Assembly: GCA_018304385.1 (NCBI GenBank) | Contig: JAGVWJ010000005.1 | Location: forward strand, 2,814-66,813 | Reading direction: 5' to 3' | DNA: 64,000 nt | Origin: Candidatus Micrarchaeota archaeon | Lineage (GTDB): Archaea; Micrarchaeota; Micrarchaeia; Anstonellales; Bilamarchaeaceae | Part shown: positions 26,612 to 35,625 of the stretch, piece after piece | How the letters are laid out: each line of letters opens with the position of its first letter | How positions within the stretch are numbered: position 1 is the first letter of the stretch | Position numbers and translations under genes: made by a program | Notes under the pieces: generated by a model | Databases searched by the model: none | What the model saw: only the letters and a program-made list of their open reading frames with translations | Told to the model about the DNA's origin: nothing

Positions 26612-27718
26612 ATGAACAGAGAAAATATGGTTGTTGAACTGGCTAAAGAACTCGTATCCCATGATTCTAACTGTGTTGAAGGAAAAGAGGGCGAGGTCGC
26701 ACAGTTTATTTTTAATTATTTAAAAGATCTTGGTTTAAAACCGGTAAAACAATTTTATGATGAGAAGAAAAATCGTTTTAATGTTCTTGTTTTTGGAAGC
26801 AATGAAACTAACCTTATGATTAATGGACATCTTGATACTGTACCAATAAACGATCCAAAAAACTGGCAGCGCAATCCATTCGGCGAAATTGCTAATGGAA
26901 AACTTTATGGTCGCGGAGCATGCGACACCAAAGGAAATATCGCATGTCTACTCGCATCTATGAGCGAGTACTTTAATGAAAACCTGGTTTATGTTTTTAA
27001 TGTTGAAGAAGAAATAACCCTTGGTGGAATAGAAAGGGTTTTAGAGTTACGAAAATCAAAACTAAAGAATATAACATATTCCTTATCCCTTGAGCCTACT
27101 GATGGAAAAATAATGGCTGGCAACAAGGGGCAATATGCATTCGAAGTAATTGCAAGAGGGAAAACTGCACACGCAAGCCAACCGTATCTTGGGGAAAACG
27201 CGATATACAAGATAGCTCAGGCTACACTCAGGATTCAAGAGTATAATAAAAAAATAAATAAAATAACCCATCCGCTATTTGGCCATGCAACAGCTAGCGT
27301 TGGTATAATTGATGGCGGAACAGCGTCAAATGTTGTGCCAGATCTTGCTAGCATAAATGTGGACAGAAGAATATTACCAAATGAAAATTCAGGTAAAGTC
27401 GAGAAAGAATTGAGAGAATTGGTCTCGCCGTTGGAGACAAAATTTATTAATAGAATAGAAGCATGCGAAACACCACTTGGTTCCAAAATTGTAAAAGAGA
27501 TGCAATTAGTTTTAAAAGATTTAAATATGGATAATAAAGCATATGGATTTACTGCAACATCAGAACTTTCAGAAATTAGATCGCATGGTATTGAAGGTAT
27601 AATATTTGGAACTGCGCAACTTGCACAGGCGCATAAGCCGGATGAATTTATTACCTTAGAAGAACTTAAAAGAGGAACTGAAATATTTAGTGCATTATTG
27701 AAAAAATGGCGTGCTTGA
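26612..27718 (+). CDS. M20-family metallopeptidase (ArgE/DapE-like deacylase)
   Basis: Motifs NGHLDTVP, GRGACDTKG and EEE...GG, with a dimerisation-domain insert and a C-terminal AHKPDE. Confidence 0.75.
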   Translation: MNRENMVVELAKELVSHDSNCVEGKEGEVAQFIFNYLKDLGLKPVKQFYDEKKNRFNVLVFGSNETNLMINGHLDTVPINDPKNWQRNPFGEIANGKLYGRGACDTKGNIACLLASMSEYFNENLVYVFNVEEEITLGGIERVLELRKSKLKNITYSLSLEPTDGKIMAGNKGQYAFEVIARGKTAHASQPYLGENAIYKIAQATLRIQEYNKKINKITHPLFGHATASVGIIDGGTASNVVPDLASINVDRRILPNENSGKVEKELRELVSPLETKFINRIEACETPLGSKIVKEMQLVLKDLNMDNKAYGFTATSELSEIRSHGIEGIIFGTAQLAQAHKPDEFITLEELKRGTEIFSALLKKWRA

Positions 27719-27785
27719 TCTCATTTTTACCTTTTATCGATAATATTAAAAATTGACTAAGAGATTAATACATTAGGTGAAATAC

Positions 27786-27968
27786 ATGAAATATGATAAT
27801 AATGTAACATTAGAAGAAATCCATAGGGATGTCGAAGAAATTAAAAAACAACTATCTTTTATAAGTGCGATACTAGTTGAAAAGATGAGTGAAGAAGATA
27901 TAGCTGATTACGAACAGGCTATGAAAGAATATAAGGAAGGAAAAACAACAAAGCTTTCAGACTGGTAG
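27786..27968 (+). CDS. antitoxin-like small protein
   Basis: 60-aa acidic ORF. AGGTGA lies 5 nt before the ATG at 27786. A 4-nt gap separates it from the toxin gene. Confidence 0.5.
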   Translation: MKYDNNVTLEEIHRDVEEIKKQLSFISAILVEKMSEEDIADYEQAMKEYKEGKTTKLSDW

Positions 27969-27972
27969 TTGC

Positions 27973-28233
27973 ATGGCTTATACTGTTCACATTGCTAATA
28001 AACCGAAAAAATTTGTAGAAAAACTTTTCCCTGATTATAAAAATACTATAAAAGAATGGTTGAAACAATTAGAAAACGACCCTTATCCAAGAGGCTGTAT
28101 ACCACTTGAGGGCAAACCGCATTGCTATAGGGTAAGAATAGGGTCATTTAGAGTTCAGTATGCTGTTTCAGAGCAAGAAAAAATAATCATGGTTTTTAAA
28201 ATCTCTAGGAGAGATGAAACTACATACAAATAA
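27973..28233 (+). CDS. RelE/ParE-superfamily toxin
   Basis: Pattern YRVRIGSFRVQYAVSEQEKIIMVFKISRRDETTY. Confidence 0.7.
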   Translation: MAYTVHIANKPKKFVEKLFPDYKNTIKEWLKQLENDPYPRGCIPLEGKPHCYRVRIGSFRVQYAVSEQEKIIMVFKISRRDETTYK

Positions 28234-28243
28234 AGTTGGTGCC

Positions 28244-29392
28244 ATGTCTCTCGAATCAGAATCCCTTGAATTACACAAAAAACTTCGTGGAAAGATTAGC
28301 ATTGCTGCGCGAGCTAAGATAAAAAATACAAAGGATCTTTCATTACTTTATACTCCAGGGGTAGCAGAACCAAGTAGAATCATTGCAAAAAATAGAGACG
28401 CAGCATATGATTTAACTAATAAATGGAACAATGTTGCAATTGTCACTGATGGAACACGCGTACTTGGCTTAGGGGATATTGGCCCTGAAGCCGCGCTCCC
28501 TGTAATGGAAGGCAAAGCACTAATTATGAAAGAATTTGCAAATATTGATGCATTCCCATTATGTCTAAAAACAAAAGATACTGATGCAATTGTTGAAACT
28601 GTAAAAAATATAGAACCTGTATTTGGAGCAATTAATCTAGAGGATATTGAAACCCCAAAAGTATTTGATATAGAAGAACGCTTAACAGAAGAATTAAACA
28701 TTCCAGTTTTTCATGATGACCAGCATGGAACTGCAATGGTTGTGCTTGCTGGCTTGATAAATGCATTAAAAATAACTGGAAAGAAAAAAGATGGTGTAAA
28801 AATCGCTGTTAATGGGGCTGGCAGTGCAGGACACGCGATTGCAAAACTATTATCTGCGTATGGAATCAAAGATATAACTGTATTTGATAGACAAGGTGCG
28901 ATATACTCCAATAGACCAAATCTCGAATCGCATAAAGCAAAGATTGCAGATATAACAAACAGAGAAAAGTATAGTGGAACGATTGCTGAATTTAAAAACG
29001 CAGATGTAATAATTTCTGCTACTGCGCCAGGTGCGCTTCCACATGAAACAATAAAAAATATGCACCAACCAAGGATAGTTTTTGCACTTGCCAATCCTAT
29101 TTCTGAAATTTCACTAGAAGAAGCGAAAAAGCGGGGCATTGCTGTTTTTGGAACTGGAAGAAGTGATTATCCGAATCAACTCAACAATTCTGTAGTGTTC
29201 CCAGGATTTCTTCGAGCGCTTTTAGACTTAAGAGTCAGGAAAATAACTGAGAAAATGAAAATTGCTGCTTCTGAAGGCATTGCGAAGCTGGTAAGTAATG
29301 CTGAGTTAAAAAAAGGAAAGATAATCCCAGATGCATTTGATAAAAGGGTTGTCAAAAGCATAGTTAACGAAGTGAAAAAATCTTTGAATTAA
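28244..29392 (+). CDS. NAD(P)-dependent malic enzyme (short form)
   Basis: LSLLYTPGVAEP, FHDDQHGTA and the dinucleotide fold VNGAGSAGHAIAKLL. The start MSLESE at 28244 avoids overlap with the toxin gene. Confidence 0.85.
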   Translation: MSLESESLELHKKLRGKISIAARAKIKNTKDLSLLYTPGVAEPSRIIAKNRDAAYDLTNKWNNVAIVTDGTRVLGLGDIGPEAALPVMEGKALIMKEFANIDAFPLCLKTKDTDAIVETVKNIEPVFGAINLEDIETPKVFDIEERLTEELNIPVFHDDQHGTAMVVLAGLINALKITGKKKDGVKIAVNGAGSAGHAIAKLLSAYGIKDITVFDRQGAIYSNRPNLESHKAKIADITNREKYSGTIAEFKNADVIISATAPGALPHETIKNMHQPRIVFALANPISEISLEEAKKRGIAVFGTGRSDYPNQLNNSVVFPGFLRALLDLRVRKITEKMKIAASEGIAKLVSNAELKKGKIIPDAFDKRVVKSIVNEVKKSLN

Positions 29393-29564
29393 GATAACAA
29401 GGTAGTTTTTTAATTGTTGCTAGTAAAATAGGTATATGGGTGGGGCCCTACTAGCTAGAAGTGTTGTTGGACGATCAGCTAGTAAGCCAAGAATAAATGG
29501 AGAACCTTTATTAGATGAAAGAAAACCAACAGTTAGCGTCACTGCAAGTAGTAGAATAACTAAT

Positions 29565-30014
29565 ATGATAATAAAGACGCCAAAATATTGCCTAACTCAT
29601 ATCAAATTTAGACAACTGGGTTTTGAAAAACTTGTTGCTATTTCTCGTGCTATTACTTATGTTGAAAGGAATTTTGCATCTGGAAAAGGAATGTATAAAG
29701 AATGTGCCATTATTCTTGGTGACAGAAACGGAAAGTCAAGAAATAGAAGAGAGATAGAGGCAACTAGCAAAAAATGTTTTTGCTGTAATAGTAGGGATGA
29801 TCTAACTAATCATCATATTGTCCCAGTCTCACGTAATGGGGCAGACTGCAAAGAAAATATAGTAAGAATTTGTAGTGGGTGCCACGCTGAATTAGAAACT
29901 AGGATATCTCGTATGGAACAGGACTCAGATACTAAAACATGCTACCTGGATTATATTGCAATATTAGTTGTATTTGAGTTAGAAAAGATGAATCGAACTA
30001 CTTCTTCGCTATAG
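29565..30014 (+). CDS. standalone HNH endonuclease
   Basis: CFCCNSRDDLTNHHIVPVSRNGADCKENIVRICSGCHAELE (C..C...HH...N...C..CH). The upstream part of the track ORF (29436) has poor coding character. Confidence 0.7.
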   Translation: MIIKTPKYCLTHIKFRQLGFEKLVAISRAITYVERNFASGKGMYKECAIILGDRNGKSRNRREIEATSKKCFCCNSRDDLTNHHIVPVSRNGADCKENIVRICSGCHAELETRISRMEQDSDTKTCYLDYIAILVVFELEKMNRTTSSL

Positions 30015-31392
30015 TTTCGCTTGGCCCTAAAGCACTTGCAATTATTCTTTCAACTTCTTTTTCGCTTAATAGCTTCTTTTCTATTATCAGTTGTTTAAGA
30101 GATTTGTTTCTTGTATATGCTTCTGTTACTAATTTAGAAACTTGTGAATAACCTAAATATGGATTAAATGCAGTTGCATATGCAAATGAATTGTCAAAAT
30201 GTTCTCTACAGCGCTTTTCATCGACTCGCAATCCATCAATGCATTTCTCTCTAAACATTTTTGTAGCATTTTTTAGAAGGTCTAAAGCTTGCATTAGATT
30301 ATAAGCTATTAATGGAGTCATCCAGTTAAGCTCAAGCTGACTGGAATTTGCTGCTTGCAATATAGCGAAATCATTAGCCATGACTTGCACACATACCATG
30401 TTAACTGCTTCTGGCGCGCTCGGGTTTATTTTACCAGGCATAATGCTTGAACCTGGCTCAACTGCTGGCAAGATTATTTCAGCAATACTGGTTTTTGGAC
30501 CGCTTGCTAATAGACGCAGATCATTTGCAATTCTATTAAGCGTTGTTGCATAATTTCGCAATGATGAAGATGCAGATAAAAATGAGTTCGTATCTTGTGT
30601 AGTCTGAATGCTACTGTCTGCTGCTTTTAGTTTTAGGCCAGTTATTTTCGATAAATGGAAAACCATTTTTTCCTTAAACTTTGGATGTGTATTTATTCCT
30701 GTGCCTATCGCAGTACCGCCAATGCCTAAATACTCCAAGCACTCGAACAGATAGCCAATACGATAAACATCATCGCGAATAGATTTTGAATAAGCATCAA
30801 ACACCTGGCCATAGCTTATTGGAACTGCATCTTGCAGATGCGTTCTTCCAACCTTAATTAGTTTCTCGTATTGTTTTGCTTTCTTTTCAAATGATCTTTG
30901 AATTGCTTCGGCTTCTTTAATTAGATTCTTTACTTCTAAAAGTGCTGCGATGCGAATTGCAGTTGGAGTAACATCATTAGAACTTTGCGCCATATTTACA
31001 TGATTATTTGTATGGACTAAGTACTGGCCTTTTTTTCCCCCTAAGAGCTCGGTAGCACGATTCGCTAGCACTTCATTTACATTCATATGCATAGGCGTAC
31101 CTGCGCCAGCTTGGAATGCATCTAAGATAAACTGATCATTGAATTTGCCATTTAGCGTTTCATCACATGATTTGATAATTGCATCTGCAACTCTCTTATC
31201 TAAAACACCAAGTTCGCTATTCGCTAAAGCTGCGACTTTTTTTATTAATATGTATGCACGAATAATACGCAAATCAACCTTCTGACCAGATAATTTGAAT
31301 GTATTTGCAGCGCGCACTGTAAATGCACCATAATAAGCATCTGCTGGTACTTCCACCTTTCCGAGAAAATCTTGTTCTGTACGGTTTGCCAT
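29998..31392 (-). CDS. aspA: aspartate ammonia-lyase / class II fumarate hydratase family enzyme (aspartase-like N-terminus)
   Basis: SS-loop signature GSSIMPGKINP. N-terminus EQDFLGKVEVPADAYYGAFTVRA resembles aspartase more than FumC. 464 aa. Confidence 0.75.
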   Translation of the reverse strand: MANRTEQDFLGKVEVPADAYYGAFTVRAANTFKLSGQKVDLRIIRAYILIKKVAALANSELGVLDKRVADAIIKSCDETLNGKFNDQFILDAFQAGAGTPMHMNVNEVLANRATELLGGKKGQYLVHTNNHVNMAQSSNDVTPTAIRIAALLEVKNLIKEAEAIQRSFEKKAKQYEKLIKVGRTHLQDAVPISYGQVFDAYSKSIRDDVYRIGYLFECLEYLGIGGTAIGTGINTHPKFKEKMVFHLSKITGLKLKAADSSIQTTQDTNSFLSASSSLRNYATTLNRIANDLRLLASGPKTSIAEIILPAVEPGSSIMPGKINPSAPEAVNMVCVQVMANDFAILQAANSSQLELNWMTPLIAYNLMQALDLLKNATKMFREKCIDGLRVDEKRCREHFDNSFAYATAFNPYLGYSQVSKLVTEAYTRNKSLKQLIIEKKLLSEKEVERIIASALGPSETIAKK

Positions 31393-31444
31393 ATCAAGTA
31401 TTCATGATCTCATATTTTTAAATTCTTTCATTTACGTTTGAAAC

Positions 31445-31786
31445 ATGGCAGAAGAAAAGCAAAAACCGGATGAAAAGATTGATCTAGCAGTGGTCTTAGT
31501 ATCGCATCTATTTTTAGGTGGGGGTATTTACATATTAGGAAAAACACTTAAAAACAAAAAAGAAGAGGTGTTTGGATTAATTTTTGCAATATTATCCATT
31601 GGTACATTTCTTTATTTTCTGTTTTTACCTTGCCAAGATGCAAAAAAAGAATTAATTGGTGGGGAATGTGAGTTGACAACTATTCTCTTTATTATTGGAG
31701 CACTATCATGGATTTATGTAATTGCAAGGGTAATACAAAATAGGAAGAAAGTTATATTGAGTCTAAAAAATCTAGGAGAGGCATAA
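31445..31786 (+). CDS. small membrane protein
   Basis: 113-aa ORF with three hydrophobic helices. Confidence 0.45.
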   Translation: MAEEKQKPDEKIDLAVVLVSHLFLGGGIYILGKTLKNKKEEVFGLIFAILSIGTFLYFLFLPCQDAKKELIGGECELTTILFIIGALSWIYVIARVIQNRKKVILSLKNLGEA

Positions 31787-31790
31787 CGTC

Positions 31791-32765
31791 CTACTTTTTG
31801 CCAATCAGCACAAACTGAGCAAGCATTGCTTCTATTTGAATTCGCTCATTTGCGCCTTCGACCATTCTAAAATTATACTCACCGAGCTTATCAATCAGCG
31901 TAATCTTTTTCTCTTCTGCAATTTCCAGATTAGGAATCTCACGATAAACCTGTAATAAAATATCCTCACCACTAAGACCATAATTAATAATAAGCTGATC
32001 TAAATTTTCTCTTGCTTTTACAAAATCTCCTTTTAATGCCAGGCTAAGCATATCCTGGATTTCTTTTGGCCTGGCGCGAGAGCTTATTTTATGTACAAGC
32101 GCAGCAGTAATGTGTTTAGCATGCAAAGACGCACCTTGCAAAACATTGAGCGCTCGGCGCATATCGCCTTCACTAACATAGAATATTGCTTTTATCGCAT
32201 CCTCATCTAACTTAAGATCCTCTGCCTTTGCAACGCGCTCGAGCATCTTCTTAACATCCTGTTCGTTTAATGGCAGAAATCTAAATAAAGCACATCTGCT
32301 TTGCAAAGGCTCAATAATTTTACTGGAATAATTCGCAGATAAAATAAACCTTGTAGCAGTACTAAAACTTTCCATTGTTCTGCGCAGCGCATGCTGTGCA
32401 TCGCTTGTAAGTGCATCGCTTTCATCCAGAAAAATAAGCTTAAATGGTACATCTCCTAATGCCACACTGCGTGCAAAATCCTTTATACGACCGCGGACTA
32501 TGTCTATGCCACGGTCATCGCTTGCATTAAGTTCTGCAAAATTTCCTGCAAAATCATGCCCAAACAGATCCCTTGCCATGGCGAGCGCTGCAGTTGTTTT
32601 TCCTACGCCAGGCGGACCAGCAAATAATAAATGCGGCATGTTTTTTTGTTTGACAAATGCCTTCAGACCTTTTACAACCTCTTCCTGCCCTATAATATCC
32701 TCAAGTGAAACAGGTCGATATTTCTCTGTCCAAGGTAAAAGCTCATTTGAATTTTCTTTTGGCAT
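31791..32765 (-). CDS. rfcS: replication factor C small subunit
   Basis: PWTEKYRP, intein-free P-loop GPPGVGKTTAAL, DESDALT, SRC motif (QSRCALFRF). Confidence 0.92.
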   Translation of the reverse strand: MPKENSNELLPWTEKYRPVSLEDIIGQEEVVKGLKAFVKQKNMPHLLFAGPPGVGKTTAALAMARDLFGHDFAGNFAELNASDDRGIDIVRGRIKDFARSVALGDVPFKLIFLDESDALTSDAQHALRRTMESFSTATRFILSANYSSKIIEPLQSRCALFRFLPLNEQDVKKMLERVAKAEDLKLDEDAIKAIFYVSEGDMRRALNVLQGASLHAKHITAALVHKISSRARPKEIQDMLSLALKGDFVKARENLDQLIINYGLSGEDILLQVYREIPNLEIAEEKKITLIDKLGEYNFRMVEGANERIQIEAMLAQFVLIGKK

Positions 32766-32775
32766 AATTAATCAA

Positions 32776-33372
32776 CTAGTTTATCTTGAAATCTAGATCT
32801 GGGGCTTTTTCAGTACCTGCTGCAGCCTCAAAGAGTTTGCGTTCTTTGAATCCAAAAAGACTAGCAAAGAAATTTCCTGGGAATGTCTTTATTACTTTAT
32901 TATATTCAGTTACTGCATCGTTATAGCGGTTGCGTTCTACGCGCACGCGATTTTCCTGGCCTTCATATGTTGTCCTGAAATCCTTAAACGCTTCAGCAAA
33001 TTTTATATTTGGATAGTTTTCTTGTAGAACTATTGGAAAAACTGTGCTAATCGCGTTATCAAAATCTGCAGAAGCAGCAACCTTTTCATCAGTATTTCTT
33101 GCGCTTAAATAACGAGCGCGAGCATCTGCGAGATTCTTTAATATCTCTGTTTCAGCTTCTGTCTGTGCAACAACACTTTGCACGATACGTGGAATTAAAT
33201 CAAATCTTTCCTGATAAACAGTTTCTACCTTTGACCAGGCATTATCCACTTCTAGATTAAGAGATTGGATAGAATTATATTGCATAATAGTAAACAATAT
33301 GCCCAATACTACAAAACCAGCAAGCGCTGCTAATATGATCACAAATCCTTTTTTTGTTTGCATATATACCAC
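32776..33372 (-). CDS. LemA-family protein
   Basis: N-terminal TM helix plus RYNDAVTEYNKVIKTFPGNFFASLFGFKERKLFEA. Confidence 0.85.
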   Translation of the reverse strand: MVYMQTKKGFVIILAALAGFVVLGILFTIMQYNSIQSLNLEVDNAWSKVETVYQERFDLIPRIVQSVVAQTEAETEILKNLADARARYLSARNTDEKVAASADFDNAISTVFPIVLQENYPNIKFAEAFKDFRTTYEGQENRVRVERNRYNDAVTEYNKVIKTFPGNFFASLFGFKERKLFEAAAGTEKAPDLDFKIN

Positions 33373-33412
33373 CAGATTAATTACAAAGATAAGATATTAA
33401 AATATGAGGCTA

Positions 33413-34285
33413 TCACCAGCTGCCGCTTGCGCCTCCACCTCCACTCATACCACCACCAAACCCACCCCAACTACTTCCGCTAGAACTCCAACTTCCTCCG
33501 CTGTAACCACCAGACCAGCTTCCGCTTGTATCAGACCAACCTCCGCTTGTATTAAACAGGCCACCCTGCCATTTTGAAATAGATCTTCCAATGTTTGTAA
33601 ACTTCATAAAAAAAATAAATGGCAAAAACGCTATTGTTGCTGATATGAATAGATTTCCTACATATATCTCTAAGATAGCAAATAAAACCAAAGGCAATAC
33701 AAAAGGAAGTAAAAATAGAAGAAATGGCAATGAAAAAATTACGATAAATAAACCCCCTATGATATCAAAGATATCTAAACCATCATCTTGTTTGGCAACC
33801 AAAGAAGGTTCGTATCCGCCAGTTTCTATAATCTGCTTTATTGCAAGTACTGCATTATAAATTCCTTCTCCGTATTTCTCTTCTTTAAATTTCGGTTTTA
33901 TTATATTGTCTATTATATCCTTAGTATGAATATCTGTGAGTACGCCTTCTAATCCATAACCAACTTCAATGCGCATTTTTTGATCATTTAACGCAACTAA
34001 AATTAGCACACCATTGTTCTCATTTTTCTGCCCTATACCCCATTCCTTATATATCTCAACCGCATATGTTTCGATGTCCAAACCGTCCAAACTATTAACA
34101 GTAAGTACTGCAATTTCTACAGTAGTATTTTTTTCAAAAGCTGAGATAAGGGTATTTAGTTCCACTTCATACCCTTCACCAATAATGTCTGCATAATCAT
34201 TAACATAACCGATTGACTGTGGATAATTTTGTGCAAAACTAACTGAAAAAAACAAAAATAACATTAAAAACGTGCGGAAGTGCAT
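33413..34285 (-). CDS. TPM-domain protein (YgcG-like) with Gly/Ser-rich tail
   Basis: YVNDYADII...VEIAVLTVNSL...NNGVLILVALNDQKMRIEVGYGLEG. C-terminal TM segments and a GGxS-rich tail. Classic pairing with LemA. Confidence 0.85.
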   Translation of the reverse strand: MHFRTFLMLFLFFSVSFAQNYPQSIGYVNDYADIIGEGYEVELNTLISAFEKNTTVEIAVLTVNSLDGLDIETYAVEIYKEWGIGQKNENNGVLILVALNDQKMRIEVGYGLEGVLTDIHTKDIIDNIIKPKFKEEKYGEGIYNAVLAIKQIIETGGYEPSLVAKQDDGLDIFDIIGGLFIVIFSLPFLLFLLPFVLPLVLFAILEIYVGNLFISATIAFLPFIFFMKFTNIGRSISKWQGGLFNTSGGWSDTSGSWSGGYSGGSWSSSGSSWGGFGGGMSGGGGASGSW

Positions 34286-34340
34286 GCTAGGATAATGGTA
34301 AATAATTTATTAAATGTATTCGAAGAATATAGACTACTGC

Positions 34341-34410
34341 AGTGGGCAATGAGCAGTGAGCAGTGAGCCAAATGAAACGAGGCTCAAAGCTCAAGGCACA
34401 GGGCTCAAGG
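34341..34410. repeat. inverted pair of heptanucleotide arrays (4 x NNTGRGC, 13-nt spacer, 4 x GCYCANN)
   Basis: agtgggc aatgagc agtgagc agtgagc (34341-34368) faces ggctcaa agctcaa ggcacag ggctcaa (34381-34408). Pairing gives 5-bp helices separated by 2x2 mismatches. Confidence 0.8.
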
Positions 34411-34428
34411 CCAAAAGAGGTAATATTT

Positions 34429-35115
34429 ATGGATAGAGTAGCTACTGGAATAGAAGGATTAGATAAGATGCTTAATGGGGGTATTCCTGCAAGAAGGCAT
34501 GTTGCATTATATGGCGGACCTGGTGCTGGTAAAACAAGCTTTGCTTTTGAATTCTTATATCGTGGTGCAAAATTAGGGCAGAATGGCGTATATATAACGC
34601 TAGAGGAAACAGACGAAGATATAATAGCAAATATGAAAAATACCTTTCCAATGCTCACTGACATTGATGACGTAGTAAAACAAAAAAAACTAGAAATAGT
34701 AAAACCCGATAAGTTGCAATTAGAAGAAGTTGCGAATGTTTTGGAGGATAGAATAACTGAAAATGATATTAAACGCGCTGTTATTGACTCTGCTACTATG
34801 ATAAATCTATCATTTGAAAAACAAATAGAGTATAGGCAAACACTATTTGAATTTCTATCTCTTTTAAGAAACCTAGATTGCACAACCATAACAACATTAG
34901 AAGCAGCTACAAGTAGAAAAGAAGAGATGAGATTTGATATTGAACATTTTGTTATGGATGGAATTATAAGTTTGTATAATCTTGACAGAGAGGGCACGCG
35001 AATACGTGCTTTAGAAATACTGAAAATGCGTGGTACAGATCACGCACGCGATCTTGTTCCGTTTAAGGTTACGCCTTCTGGAATTAAGGTTTATGTAGGG
35101 GAAAAGGTATTCTGA
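34429..35115 (+). CDS. KaiC/RecA-superfamily ATPase (single-domain KaiC-like)
   Basis: MDRVATGIEGLDKMLNGGIPARRHVALYGGPGAGKTSFAFEF (Walker A). Walker B-like VIDS. Start chosen at 34429 because the track start at 34363 lies inside the heptad array. Confidence 0.75.
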   Translation: MDRVATGIEGLDKMLNGGIPARRHVALYGGPGAGKTSFAFEFLYRGAKLGQNGVYITLEETDEDIIANMKNTFPMLTDIDDVVKQKKLEIVKPDKLQLEEVANVLEDRITENDIKRAVIDSATMINLSFEKQIEYRQTLFEFLSLLRNLDCTTITTLEAATSRKEEMRFDIEHFVMDGIISLYNLDREGTRIRALEILKMRGTDHARDLVPFKVTPSGIKVYVGEKVF

Positions 35116-35148
35116 TTGGCCATGGGCTATGAGCAATGGGCAATGAGC
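35114..35148 (+). repeat. GC-rich heptanucleotide array, 5 units (gattggc catgggc tatgagc aatgggc aatgagc)
   Basis: Begins at the stop codon of the KaiC-like gene. Same NNTGRGC family. Confidence 0.8.
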
Positions 35149-35247
35149 AAAGTGATGTTTAATTTACATAAGAGAACATTGAATGACCGAATCGGGGTGC
35201 CGAACGTAGTGAGGTGGGGTCCCGATTCTAACCTAAGAAATCCATGA

Positions 35248-35601
35248 GTGCTGGAACATATGAACACACAAGAGATGCGAAAAATATTTTTTGTAATAAC
35301 TACTACGATTGGACTAGCAGTATTGCTCGCTGTATTAAAGTTCCGTGGAATTGAGATGAAGCAAGCACCGCTATTGTTTGTTGGTGCACTGCTTGGGCTG
35401 ATAATTTATATGCAAGAAAAAGAGCACAACATAATTGCATGGCTGCTTGCAGGATTTCTTGGGTTTTTAGTATTCCCAATAACCTATGAAAACAGGAATC
35501 TAAGCCAGCTTGCGATTTTTGCCTTGATATTTACGATTTTTGTATTGATGCCACCAATATTAATAAAATTAAGAGAACGGATTTTTACAGAAACAGTATA
35601 A
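35248..35601 (+). CDS. small membrane protein
   Basis: 117-aa ORF with four hydrophobic helices. Confidence 0.45.
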   Translation: MLEHMNTQEMRKIFFVITTTIGLAVLLAVLKFRGIEMKQAPLLFVGALLGLIIYMQEKEHNIIAWLLAGFLGFLVFPITYENRNLSQLAIFALIFTIFVLMPPILIKLRERIFTETV

Positions 35602-35625
35602 ATGTTAAAAAGAAAGGTGTAAACA

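Noticed and set aside
34287-34997. 236-aa minus-strand ORF covering the KaiC-like locus
   Set aside because: It is antisense to a gene with a clear Walker A motif and good coding character. Its own translation is Ser/Ile/Phe-rich low-complexity sequence typical of a shadow ORF in AT-rich DNA.
35189-35228. GC-rich hairpin (GAATCGGG...CCCGATTC) examined as a possible tRNA fragment or small RNA
   Set aside because: It is a single 8-10-bp stem with a ~20-nt loop. There is no cloverleaf, no T-loop consensus and no flanking promoter evidence, so it is left unassigned.
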